37,204 nucleotides of DNA from an uncultured Sulfuritalea sp. GTDB taxonomy: Bacteria; Pseudomonadota; Gammaproteobacteria; Burkholderiales; Rhodocyclaceae. This document shows, in pieces, positions 26,893-34,921 of the stretch; position 1 is the stretch's first letter; each line of letters opens with the position of its first letter. Location of the stretch: NCBI GenBank assembly GCA_964527055.1, contig CAZGQB010000001.1, positions 1-37,204 of the forward strand, given 5' to 3'. A program made the position numbers and the translations under genes. The notes beneath the pieces are model-generated. The model made no database searches. It had not been told where the DNA came from and saw only the letters and a program-made list of their open reading frames with translations.

Positions 26893-28680
26893 GTGAAACC
26901 GACGAACATCGGCGGCCATGACTATTTCCACAGGGTCGTGGATTGCCAATGGGCCTGCCCGGCCCACACCCCCGTTCCCGAGTACATCCGCCTGATTGCC
27001 GCCGGCCGTTACTCCGAGGCCTACCTGATCAACTGGCGCTCCAACGTCTTTCCCGGCATCCTCGGCCGCGTTTGCGACCGGCCCTGCGAGCCCGCCTGCC
27101 GCCGCGGCCGCGTGGACGAGGAACCGGTGGCGATCTGCCGGCTCAAGCGTGTTTGCGCCGACCTCAAGGACGACATCACCGGGCGCCTGCCGCGTGCGCC
27201 GGAGAAAAACAACGGCAAGCGCATCGCCTGCGTCGGCGCCGGTCCGGCCTCGCTCACCGTGGCGCGCGACCTTGCCGTGCTCGGCTACCAGGTCACGGTG
27301 TTCGACAACGGCGCGGCGCCCGGCGGCATGATGCGCAGCCAGATCCCGAAATTTCGCCTGCCCGACGAGGTCATCGACGAGGAATGCGGCTACATCATCG
27401 GCCTGGGCGTCGAAACGCGCTACAACCAGTGGGTCGGCAGCCTCAAGGAACTGCTGGCCGGCGACTGGGACGCGATCTTCGTCGGCACCGGCGCGCCGAA
27501 GGGGCGCGATGCGCCGATCCCGGGCCGCCAGGAAGCCGCGAAGCATATCCACATCGGCATCGACTGGCTGGCCAACGTGGCGTTCGGCCATACCACGAAG
27601 ATATCGAAGCGGGTGATCGTCCTCGGCGGCGGCAACACGGCGATGGACTGCTGCCGTTCGGCGCGGCGCCTCGGCGGCGACGACGTCAAGGTCATCGTGC
27701 GCAGCGGCTTCGACGAGATGAAGGCATCGCCCTGGGAAAAGGAGGAGGCCATCCACGAAGGCATCCCCATCCTCAACATGCGCGTGCCGAAGGAGTTCCG
27801 CCATGACAACGGCAAGCTGAGCGGGGTCCTGTTCGAGATCGTGCGTGCCGAATACGACGCCAAGGGCCGGCGCAGCCTGATCCCGACCGGGGAACCCGAC
27901 GAGTTCCACGAGTGCGATGAAGTGCTGGTGGCGATCGGCCAGGAGAACGCCTTCCCCTGGATCGAGAAGGATATCGGCCTCGAGTTCGACAAGTGGGACA
28001 TGCCGGTGCTCAACGAAAAGACCCTGCAATCGACACTACCCAGGGTCTTCTTCGGCGGCGATGCGGCGCTGGGGCCGAAGAACATCATTACCGCGGCGGC
28101 CCAGGGCCACGACGCGGCGATCTCGATCGACCTGTTCTGCCGCGGCAGGGATCTCGACGACCGGCCGCCGCCCGAGTTCAACCTGGTCAGCCAGAAGATG
28201 GGCATCCACGAGTGGAGCTACGACAACCAGGTCTCCGAGGAAGAGCGCAAGAAGGTGCCGGTCAAGGCGCTGGAGAAGACCCTCAAGGACATCAAGCTCG
28301 AACTCGAAATGGGCTTCGATCCCTTCATGGCCTGCGCCGAGGCGGAGCGCTGCCTCAATTGCGACATCGAGACGGTGTTCACGGTCAAGACCTGCATCGA
28401 ATGCGATGCCTGCGTCGATATCTGCCCGACGGAATGCATCACCTTCACCCGCAATGGCGAAGAGGATGATTTGCGCGGCCGGCTCAAGGCGCCGGCGCAG
28501 AATCGCGAGCAGGCCCTCTACGTTTCGGATGTGCTGAAGACCGGGCGGGTCATGGTCAAGGACGAGAACATCTGCCTGCATTGCGGCATGTGCGCCGAAC
28601 GCTGCCCGACCGGCGCCTGGGACATGCAGAAGTTTTTCATGCAGTGCGCCGAAGCGGGGACGGACGCGAAAAGGACATGA
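26893..28680 (+). CDS. GltD-like FAD/NADPH oxidoreductase with C-terminal 2[4Fe-4S] ferredoxin domain (KorC-like)
   Basis: CQWACP and GRVCDRPCEPAC Fe-S motifs, GAGPAS FAD site, GGGNTAMD NADP-type site, CIECDACVDICP and CLHCGMCAERCP. GTG start with GGAGA RBS. Confidence 0.92.
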   Translation: MKPTNIGGHDYFHRVVDCQWACPAHTPVPEYIRLIAAGRYSEAYLINWRSNVFPGILGRVCDRPCEPACRRGRVDEEPVAICRLKRVCADLKDDITGRLPRAPEKNNGKRIACVGAGPASLTVARDLAVLGYQVTVFDNGAAPGGMMRSQIPKFRLPDEVIDEECGYIIGLGVETRYNQWVGSLKELLAGDWDAIFVGTGAPKGRDAPIPGRQEAAKHIHIGIDWLANVAFGHTTKISKRVIVLGGGNTAMDCCRSARRLGGDDVKVIVRSGFDEMKASPWEKEEAIHEGIPILNMRVPKEFRHDNGKLSGVLFEIVRAEYDAKGRRSLIPTGEPDEFHECDEVLVAIGQENAFPWIEKDIGLEFDKWDMPVLNEKTLQSTLPRVFFGGDAALGPKNIITAAAQGHDAAISIDLFCRGRDLDDRPPPEFNLVSQKMGIHEWSYDNQVSEEERKKVPVKALEKTLKDIKLELEMGFDPFMACAEAERCLNCDIETVFTVKTCIECDACVDICPTECITFTRNGEEDDLRGRLKAPAQNREQALYVSDVLKTGRVMVKDENICLHCGMCAERCPTGAWDMQKFFMQCAEAGTDAKRT

Positions 28681-30527
28681 ATGCCATGACACCCATCCAG
28701 AGCAGCAACGATTTCGTCATCAAGTTCGCCAACGTGAACGGCTCGGGTTCGGCCTCGGCCAACGAACTGTTCGCCCGTGCCATCATGCGCATGGGCGTGC
28801 CGGTGGCCCCGCGCAACATCTTCCCCTCCAACATCCAGGGCATGCCGACCTGGTACGAGATGCGCGTTTCGGCCGCCGGCTGGCTCGGCCGCCGCGGCGG
28901 CTGCGACCTGATGGTGGCGATGAACCCGCAGACCTGGGACCGCGACATCGCCGAGATCGAACCCGGCGGCTACCTGTTCTACGACTCGACCAAGGCGCAG
29001 CCGCGTTCGCGCTTCCGCGAAGACATCACGGTGCTGGGCATTCCCCTCACCGAAATCTGCAACCGCGAATACACGGATGCGCGCCAGCGCCAGCTGTTCA
29101 AGAACATCATGTACGTCGGCGCGCTGGCGGCGCTGCTCGGCATCGAATTCAGCGTCGTCGAAAAGCTGATCGCCGACCAGTACCGCGGCAAGGACAAGCT
29201 GATCGGCGCCAACGTCAACGCCCTCAAGCTCGGTTACGATCACGCCAGTGCCAATCTGCCGTGCCCGATCGGCCTGCGCGTCGAGCGTGCCGACGGCGTC
29301 GGCGACAAGATCTTCATCAACGGCAACAATGCCTGCGGTCTCGGCGCGGTGTATGGCGGCGCCACGGTGGCCGGCTGGTACCCGATCACGCCATCAACCT
29401 CGGTGATCGAAGCCTTCGGCAGCTATTGCCGCAAGTACCGCACCGACCCCGACAACGGCATGGCGCGCTATGCGATCGTGCAGGCCGAGGACGAACTGGC
29501 CTCGATCGGCATGGTGATCGGTGCGGCATGGAACGGCGCCCGGGCGTTTACGGCGACATCCGGCCCGGGCATTTCGCTGATGCAGGAGTTCTTCGGCCTC
29601 GCCTACTTCGCCGAAGTGCCGGTCGTGGTGTTCAACGTGCAGCGTGGCGGCCCGTCCACCGGCATGCCGACGCGCACGCAGCAGTCCGACCTGATTGCCT
29701 GCGCCTATGCCTCGCACGGCGACACCAAGCACGTGCTGCTGTTCCCCGAGGATCCCTACGAATGCTTCACGCTCGGCGCCCAGGCCTTCGACCTCGCGGA
29801 TCGCCTGCAGACACCGGTCTTCGTCCTGCTCGACCTCGACATCGGCATGAACGACAGGCTATGCCAGCCTTTCGACTGGGATGACAGCCGGCGCTACGAT
29901 CGCGGCAAGGTGATGACGGCAGAAATGCTGGAGGCCGGCAAGAACTTCGGCCGCTATCTCGACGTCGACGGCGACGGCATTCCCTGGCGCACGATTCCCG
30001 GCACCCACCCGACCAAGGGCGCCTTTTTCAGCCGCGGCACCACGCGCAATGCCTACGCCAAGTACAGCGAGGCCGGCACCGACTACACGTATAACATGGA
30101 GCGCCTGCGACGCAAGCTGGAGACGGCGAAGCAGCTGGTACCGGCGCCGGTGTTGCAGTCCGCATCGCAACCCACCCGTTTCGGCGCGATCCATTACGGT
30201 TCGACCAGTCCGGCCATGGCCGAGGCCTCCGCGCTGCTCGAAGCGCAGGGAATCCATGTCGACACCCTGCGCGTGCGCGGCTTCCCGTTTGCCGACGAGG
30301 TGATCGACTTCATCGACGAACATGATTTCGTCTTCGTCGTCGAACAGAACGAAAGCGGCCAGTTGCGCATGCTGCTGCTTACCGAGGGCGAAATCGATCC
30401 GAAGAAGCTGATCCGGGTCCTGCACTACGACGGTACGCCGATTACCGCCCGCTTCATATCCGGCAGGATCGCCGACGCTCTTTCCGAACACAAGGTGACC
30501 CCCCTTCGCAAACAGGTGGCCTCATGA
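28677..30527 (+). CDS. 2-oxoacid:acceptor oxidoreductase subunit alpha (gamma-alpha fusion)
   Basis: NGSGSASAN, YPITP, QAEDE, TATSGPG, QRGGPSTGMPT and VVEQN motifs. ATG 28677 overlaps the upstream stop. Confidence 0.95.
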   Translation: MNAMTPIQSSNDFVIKFANVNGSGSASANELFARAIMRMGVPVAPRNIFPSNIQGMPTWYEMRVSAAGWLGRRGGCDLMVAMNPQTWDRDIAEIEPGGYLFYDSTKAQPRSRFREDITVLGIPLTEICNREYTDARQRQLFKNIMYVGALAALLGIEFSVVEKLIADQYRGKDKLIGANVNALKLGYDHASANLPCPIGLRVERADGVGDKIFINGNNACGLGAVYGGATVAGWYPITPSTSVIEAFGSYCRKYRTDPDNGMARYAIVQAEDELASIGMVIGAAWNGARAFTATSGPGISLMQEFFGLAYFAEVPVVVFNVQRGGPSTGMPTRTQQSDLIACAYASHGDTKHVLLFPEDPYECFTLGAQAFDLADRLQTPVFVLLDLDIGMNDRLCQPFDWDDSRRYDRGKVMTAEMLEAGKNFGRYLDVDGDGIPWRTIPGTHPTKGAFFSRGTTRNAYAKYSEAGTDYTYNMERLRRKLETAKQLVPAPVLQSASQPTRFGAIHYGSTSPAMAEASALLEAQGIHVDTLRVRGFPFADEVIDFIDEHDFVFVVEQNESGQLRMLLLTEGEIDPKKLIRVLHYDGTPITARFISGRIADALSEHKVTPLRKQVAS

Positions 30528-31579
30528 CCTATCTCGCCAAACCCAAACTGCTGCGCGCCGATGCGCCGCGCAACGCGGTCGGCTACACCCGCCGCGACTA
30601 CGAGGGCGCGATCTCGACCCTGTGCGCCGGCTGCGGCCACGATTCGATCAGCGCCGCCGTGGTGCAGGCCTGCTTCGACCTCGACATCGAGCCGCACAAG
30701 GTGGCCAAGCTCTCCGGCATCGGCTGCTCGTCGAAGACGCCCGACTATTTCCTCGGCGCCTCGCACGGCTTCAACACCACCCACGGCCGCATGCCATCGG
30801 TGCTGACCGGCGCCGCGCTGGCCAACCGCGAGCTGATCTACCTCGGCGTCTCCGGCGACGGCGACTCCGCCTCGATCGGCATCGCCCAGTTCGCCCACGC
30901 CATGCGGCGCGGGGTGAACATGGCCTACATCTGCGAGAACAACGGGGTCTATGGCCTGACCAAGGGCCAGTTCTCCGCCACCGCCGACAAGGGCTCGAAG
31001 AACAAGCGCGGCGTGGTCAACAGCGATACGCCGATCGACCTCGTGGCGCTGTCGCTGCAGCTCGGCGCGACCTTCGTCGCGCGCAGCTTTTCCGGCGACA
31101 AGGAGCAGCTGATACCGCTGATCAAGGGCGCGCTGCGCCATCGGGGCCCCGCCTTCATCGACGTCATCAGTCCCTGCGTCACCTTCAACAACCACCCCGG
31201 GTCGACCAAGAGCTACGACTACGTGCGCGAGCACAACGAGGCGGTGAATCGCCTCGACGTGATCCTGCCGCGCGACAAGATCGAGACCAGTTACAGCCCG
31301 GGCTCGCTGCGACGCGTGGTCCAGCACGACGGTTCGGTGCTGCTGTTGCGCAAGGTGGCGGTCGACTACGACCCGGCCGACCGCGTCGCCGCGATGAACT
31401 ACCTGCAGGAGCGGCAGACGCTGGGCGAGATCGTCACCGGCCTGATCTACGTCGACAGCAGCGCCGAGGACATGCATCGCCACCTGAATACGGTGGAGAA
31501 ACCGCTCAACCAGCTGGGTGATGCCTACCTTTGCCCCGGCGCCAAGGCGCTCGATGCGCTGAACGCTTCGCTGCGCTGA
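30524..31579 (+). CDS. 2-oxoacid:ferredoxin oxidoreductase subunit beta (TPP-binding)
   Basis: LCAGCGH, SGIGCSS, HGR, GDGD...NNGVYGLTKGQ and SPCVTFN motifs. Confidence 0.95.
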   Translation: MTYLAKPKLLRADAPRNAVGYTRRDYEGAISTLCAGCGHDSISAAVVQACFDLDIEPHKVAKLSGIGCSSKTPDYFLGASHGFNTTHGRMPSVLTGAALANRELIYLGVSGDGDSASIGIAQFAHAMRRGVNMAYICENNGVYGLTKGQFSATADKGSKNKRGVVNSDTPIDLVALSLQLGATFVARSFSGDKEQLIPLIKGALRHRGPAFIDVISPCVTFNNHPGSTKSYDYVREHNEAVNRLDVILPRDKIETSYSPGSLRRVVQHDGSVLLLRKVAVDYDPADRVAAMNYLQERQTLGEIVTGLIYVDSSAEDMHRHLNTVEKPLNQLGDAYLCPGAKALDALNASLR

Positions 31580-31597
31580 CCTGGCTTCCTTGCCCTT

Positions 31598-31619
31598 GTG
31601 GGGCAGACTTTAGTCTGCC
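31598..31619 (+). repeat. REP-like element GTGG-GGCAGAC-TTTA-GTCTGCC
   Basis: GTRG tetranucleotide followed by a perfect 7-bp stem and 4-nt loop, between convergent genes. Only one copy is present in the window. Confidence 0.55.
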
Positions 31620-31633
31620 TGCCGGCGTGCTGC

Positions 31634-32794
31634 CTATTCCTTCGGCGGGCGCGGGCGCTTGCCGATGGCGATGTCGAGGCCCACGATGCGGCCGTCGCGC
31701 TTCAGCTCGAAGCGGGCGGTCTTGCCGGGTTCCAGCGCGGCGATCAGTTCCAGCATCGCCTGGGCATCCTTCACCGGCTTGCCGGCCACCTGGGTCAGCA
31801 CGTCGCCGGGCCTGATGCCGGCCTTGTCGGCCGGGCTGCCGCGCATCACGCCGGCAATCAGGGCGCCGCGGGTGTCGGCCAGCTTGAAGGATTCGGCAAG
31901 CTCGGGGGTGATTTCCTGCACCTCGATGCCGACCCAGCCGCGCGTCACGCCGCCGGTCTTGACGATCTGCTCCATGACGTTCTTCGCCAGCGAGACGGGG
32001 ATGGCGAAGCCGATGCCCATCGAGCCGCCGCTTTGCGAATAGATCGCGGTGTTGATGCCCACCAGGTGGCCGTTGGCATCGACCAGGGCGCCGCCCGAGT
32101 TGCCCGGGTTGATCGCGGCGTCGGTCTGGATGAAGTTCTCGAAGGTGTTGATCCCGAGTTGCGAGCGGCCCAGCGCCGAAACGATGCCGGAGGTGACGGT
32201 CTGGCCGACGCCGAAGGGATTGCCGATGGCCAGCACGATGTCGCCGACGCGCAGGCTGTCGCTGCTGCCGAAGGCGATCACCGGCAGCTTGTGGTCGGCC
32301 GGGATGCGCAGCACCGCGAGGTCGGATTCGGGGTCCGAACCGACCACGCGTGCCTTGTACTTGCTGCCGTCGTTGTGCGCGACCTCGATCTCGTCGGCGC
32401 CGTCGATGACATGGAAGTTGGTCAGGATGTAGCCCTCGGGCGAGACCACCACGCCGCTGCCCAGCCCGGAGCGGCGCTGCGATTCCTCGCCGAAGCGGTC
32501 GCCGAAGAAATGGCGGAAGATCGGGTCGTTCATGAAGGGGTGGCGCGCGCCCTTCACCTCCTGGCTGGTGAAGATGTGCACCACGGCCGGAACCGCTTTT
32601 TTCGCCGCATCGGCATGGGAACCGGGGCGCTGCGGTTCGCTGCCGGCCGGGGCCTGGAATACCGTCGCCACTTCCGCGCCGCCGCCCGTCGCTGGCAGGT
32701 GGCTCAGCCACTCCGGCTTGAGGGTCTTGGTCACGAACAGCACGGCGATGCAGACGGTGACGGTCTGGGCAAATATCAGCCAAAGGCGGCGCAT
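31634..32794 (-). CDS. HtrA/DegQ (Do-family) serine protease with one PDZ domain
   Basis: Catalytic triad TNFHV / SDLAV / GNSGG, IQTDAAINPG, and a C-terminal PDZ. Confidence 0.96.
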   Translation of the reverse strand: MRRLWLIFAQTVTVCIAVLFVTKTLKPEWLSHLPATGGGAEVATVFQAPAGSEPQRPGSHADAAKKAVPAVVHIFTSQEVKGARHPFMNDPIFRHFFGDRFGEESQRRSGLGSGVVVSPEGYILTNFHVIDGADEIEVAHNDGSKYKARVVGSDPESDLAVLRIPADHKLPVIAFGSSDSLRVGDIVLAIGNPFGVGQTVTSGIVSALGRSQLGINTFENFIQTDAAINPGNSGGALVDANGHLVGINTAIYSQSGGSMGIGFAIPVSLAKNVMEQIVKTGGVTRGWVGIEVQEITPELAESFKLADTRGALIAGVMRGSPADKAGIRPGDVLTQVAGKPVKDAQAMLELIAALEPGKTARFELKRDGRIVGLDIAIGKRPRPPKE

Positions 32795-32881
32795 AATCTG
32801 GTTTTCTGTGTGTGTCTGTTCCCGGTCTTGCCGGGGACGTATTCTCTTGCGGACGGGATGCGAACTATGCCGGGTGATTCG

Positions 32882-33628
32882 GTGCTACGCGAAGATCTTC
32901 GCGCCGATCTGGACTCCATTCTGGATGTGGCGCGCTTCCGGGATTATTGCCCAAACGGCCTGCAAGTGGAAGGCCGCGAGCGCGTCCGGCGCGTGGTCTG
33001 CGGGGTCACCGCCAGCCGGGCGCTGATCGAGGCGGCCATCGAGCGCGGCGCGGATGCCCTGCTGGTGCATCACGGCTGGTTCTGGAAGGCCGAGGACGGA
33101 TGCCTCACGGGTTTCCGCAAACAGCGCATGGCGCGCTTGCTGGCGCACGACATCAACCTGTTTGCCTACCACCTGCCGCTGGATGCCCATGCCACGCTCG
33201 GCAACAACGCGCAGCTCGCGCTGCACATGGGCTGGGACATCACGGGCCGCTTCGGCGAACAGGATATCGGCTTCGTCGGCGTCCCGCCGGCGCCGACTTT
33301 TGCCGGCGAACTGGCGCGGGCCATCGAAGGGGTGCTGGGCCGCGTGCCGCTGCTGGTCGGCGACCCGGCGCGCAGGGTGGCGCGCATCGCCTGGTGCAGC
33401 GGTGGCGCGCAGGATTATTTCGAAGCCGCGCTGGCCACCGGCGCCGATGTTTATGTGTCGGGCGAAATATCGGAGCAGACCGTGCATCTCGCGCGCGAAA
33501 CCGGCATGGCCTTCATCGCCGCCGGCCATCACGCCACCGAGCGCTTCGGCGTCATGGCGCTGGGGGCACATCTCTCGGAAGAATTCGGCATCGCCTGCGA
33601 TTTCGTCGACATCGACAATCCGGTGTGA
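32882..33628 (+). CDS. Nif3-like dinuclear metal centre protein (YbgI/DUF34)
   Basis: DYCPNGLQVEG, VHHG, YHLPLDAH, GHHATE and DNPV C-terminus. The start is probably GTG 32882 or ATG 32867. Confidence 0.95.
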   Translation: MLREDLRADLDSILDVARFRDYCPNGLQVEGRERVRRVVCGVTASRALIEAAIERGADALLVHHGWFWKAEDGCLTGFRKQRMARLLAHDINLFAYHLPLDAHATLGNNAQLALHMGWDITGRFGEQDIGFVGVPPAPTFAGELARAIEGVLGRVPLLVGDPARRVARIAWCSGGAQDYFEAALATGADVYVSGEISEQTVHLARETGMAFIAAGHHATERFGVMALGAHLSEEFGIACDFVDIDNPV

Positions 33629-33668
33629 TGCACCGGGGGGATGCGGGCCGGAGTAAAATCTCACCCGT

Positions 33669-33690
33669 TTACTGACTCATGGGTCAGTAA
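33669..33690. promoter_or_regulatory. Palindromic operator TTACTGAC-N6-GTCAGTAA (TetR-type candidate)
   Basis: 22-bp near-perfect inverted repeat (10 of 11 pairs), 9 bp downstream of a TAAAAT -10-like hexamer (33654-33659) and upstream of the RND operon. Confidence 0.65.
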
Positions 33691-33759
33691 CGTCCTCCAA
33701 CACGGAAGCGTCGCCCGGTATATCCGGTGCTGCGGCGTTTCCCAGCCCGAGAAGCCTTC

Positions 33760-34920
33760 ATGCCTGCGAAAAATCGATCCCTGGTGATTGTCCTTGCCAT
33801 CCTCGGCCTTGCCGGCCTCGGCGCGTTTGCCTGGTACGCCAACCGTCAAGTCGGCGGCGCGCCGGCGGCGGGTTCCGCCAGGCCAGGTCCGCCGGCGGGT
33901 GCGCCGGCGGGTGGGCCGCCGGGCGGCTTCGCCACGGCGGTCGAGATCGCCCGTGTCGCCTCCGCCAGCGTCGAGGATGAGGTGGCCGCCGTCGGTTCGC
34001 TGAAGTCGGTGGACTCGGTGGTGCTGCGGCCCGAAGTCACCGGGCGCGTCGCGGCGATCCGTTTTGCCGATGGCCAGAAAGTGGACAAGGGGGCTGTCCT
34101 GATCGAGCTGGATGCCCAGACCCAGACGGCCGAATTGCAGCAGGCCCTGGCCAACCTCGGACTGGCCGAGGCCAACCTGAAGCGCAACGAGGAACTGATC
34201 CAGAAGAAGTTCGTTTCCCAGCGCGCGCTCGATGAGACCCGGGCGCAGCTCAAGGTGCAGGAAGCCGCCGTCGCGCTGGCCCGCGCCAGGCTGGCCAAGA
34301 TGTCCCTGCGCGCGCCGTTTGCCGGCGTCGTCGGCCTGCGCAGCGTTTCCGTGGGCGACTACGTCAAGGAAGGCCAGGAGCTGGTCAACTTCGAAGGGCT
34401 GGCCGCGCTGAAGGTGGACTTCCGCCTGCCGGAGATGCACCTGGCCAAACTCGCCAGGGGCCAGCGCGTGGAACTGGCCAGCGACGCCATGCCGGACAAG
34501 CGCTTTGCCGCGACGGTCGATGCGATCGATCCGCTGGTCGACGCCAGCGGCCGCTCGCTGGCCGTGCGCGCCCGGCTCGACAATCCGGACGGCGCCTTGC
34601 GCCCCGGCATGTTCGTCCGCGTGCGGCTGGTGTTCGCCCGCCGCGACAACGTGCTGACCATCCCCGAGCAGGCCCTGGTTCCGGCCGCGCAGGGAACCAC
34701 GGTATTCGTCGTCGCCGACGGCAAGGTGAAGCAGACCCCGGTGAAGACCGGCCAGCGCCGCGCCGGCAGCGTCGAAATCGTCGACGGCCTGCAGGCGGGC
34801 GACAGCGTCGTTACCGCCGGGCAGCTCAAGCTGCGCGACGGCGCGCCGGTAAAGCCGGTCGATGCGGCGGCGCCGGGCGGCGGCGACATGGCGGGCGACA
34901 AGCCGGCGCAGGGCCGGTGA
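33760..34920 (+). CDS. RND periplasmic adaptor subunit (MexV/MexH-like)
   Basis: N-terminal TM anchor, G/P/A linker, VVLRPEVTGRV, LRAPFAGVVG and LRPGMFV motifs. Confidence 0.94.
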   Translation: MPAKNRSLVIVLAILGLAGLGAFAWYANRQVGGAPAAGSARPGPPAGAPAGGPPGGFATAVEIARVASASVEDEVAAVGSLKSVDSVVLRPEVTGRVAAIRFADGQKVDKGAVLIELDAQTQTAELQQALANLGLAEANLKRNEELIQKKFVSQRALDETRAQLKVQEAAVALARARLAKMSLRAPFAGVVGLRSVSVGDYVKEGQELVNFEGLAALKVDFRLPEMHLAKLARGQRVELASDAMPDKRFAATVDAIDPLVDASGRSLAVRARLDNPDGALRPGMFVRVRLVFARRDNVLTIPEQALVPAAQGTTVFVVADGKVKQTPVKTGQRRAGSVEIVDGLQAGDSVVTAGQLKLRDGAPVKPVDAAAPGGGDMAGDKPAQGR

Positions 34921-34921
34921 A

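Noticed and set aside
31598-32866. 676-aa ORF suggesting a large Nif3 fusion
   Set aside because: The N-terminal part is the antisense shadow of degQ. Nif3 homology begins near 32882.
33850-33930. GC-rich short repeats (also 10240-10370)
   Set aside because: They are explained by Gly/Pro/Ala linker coding.
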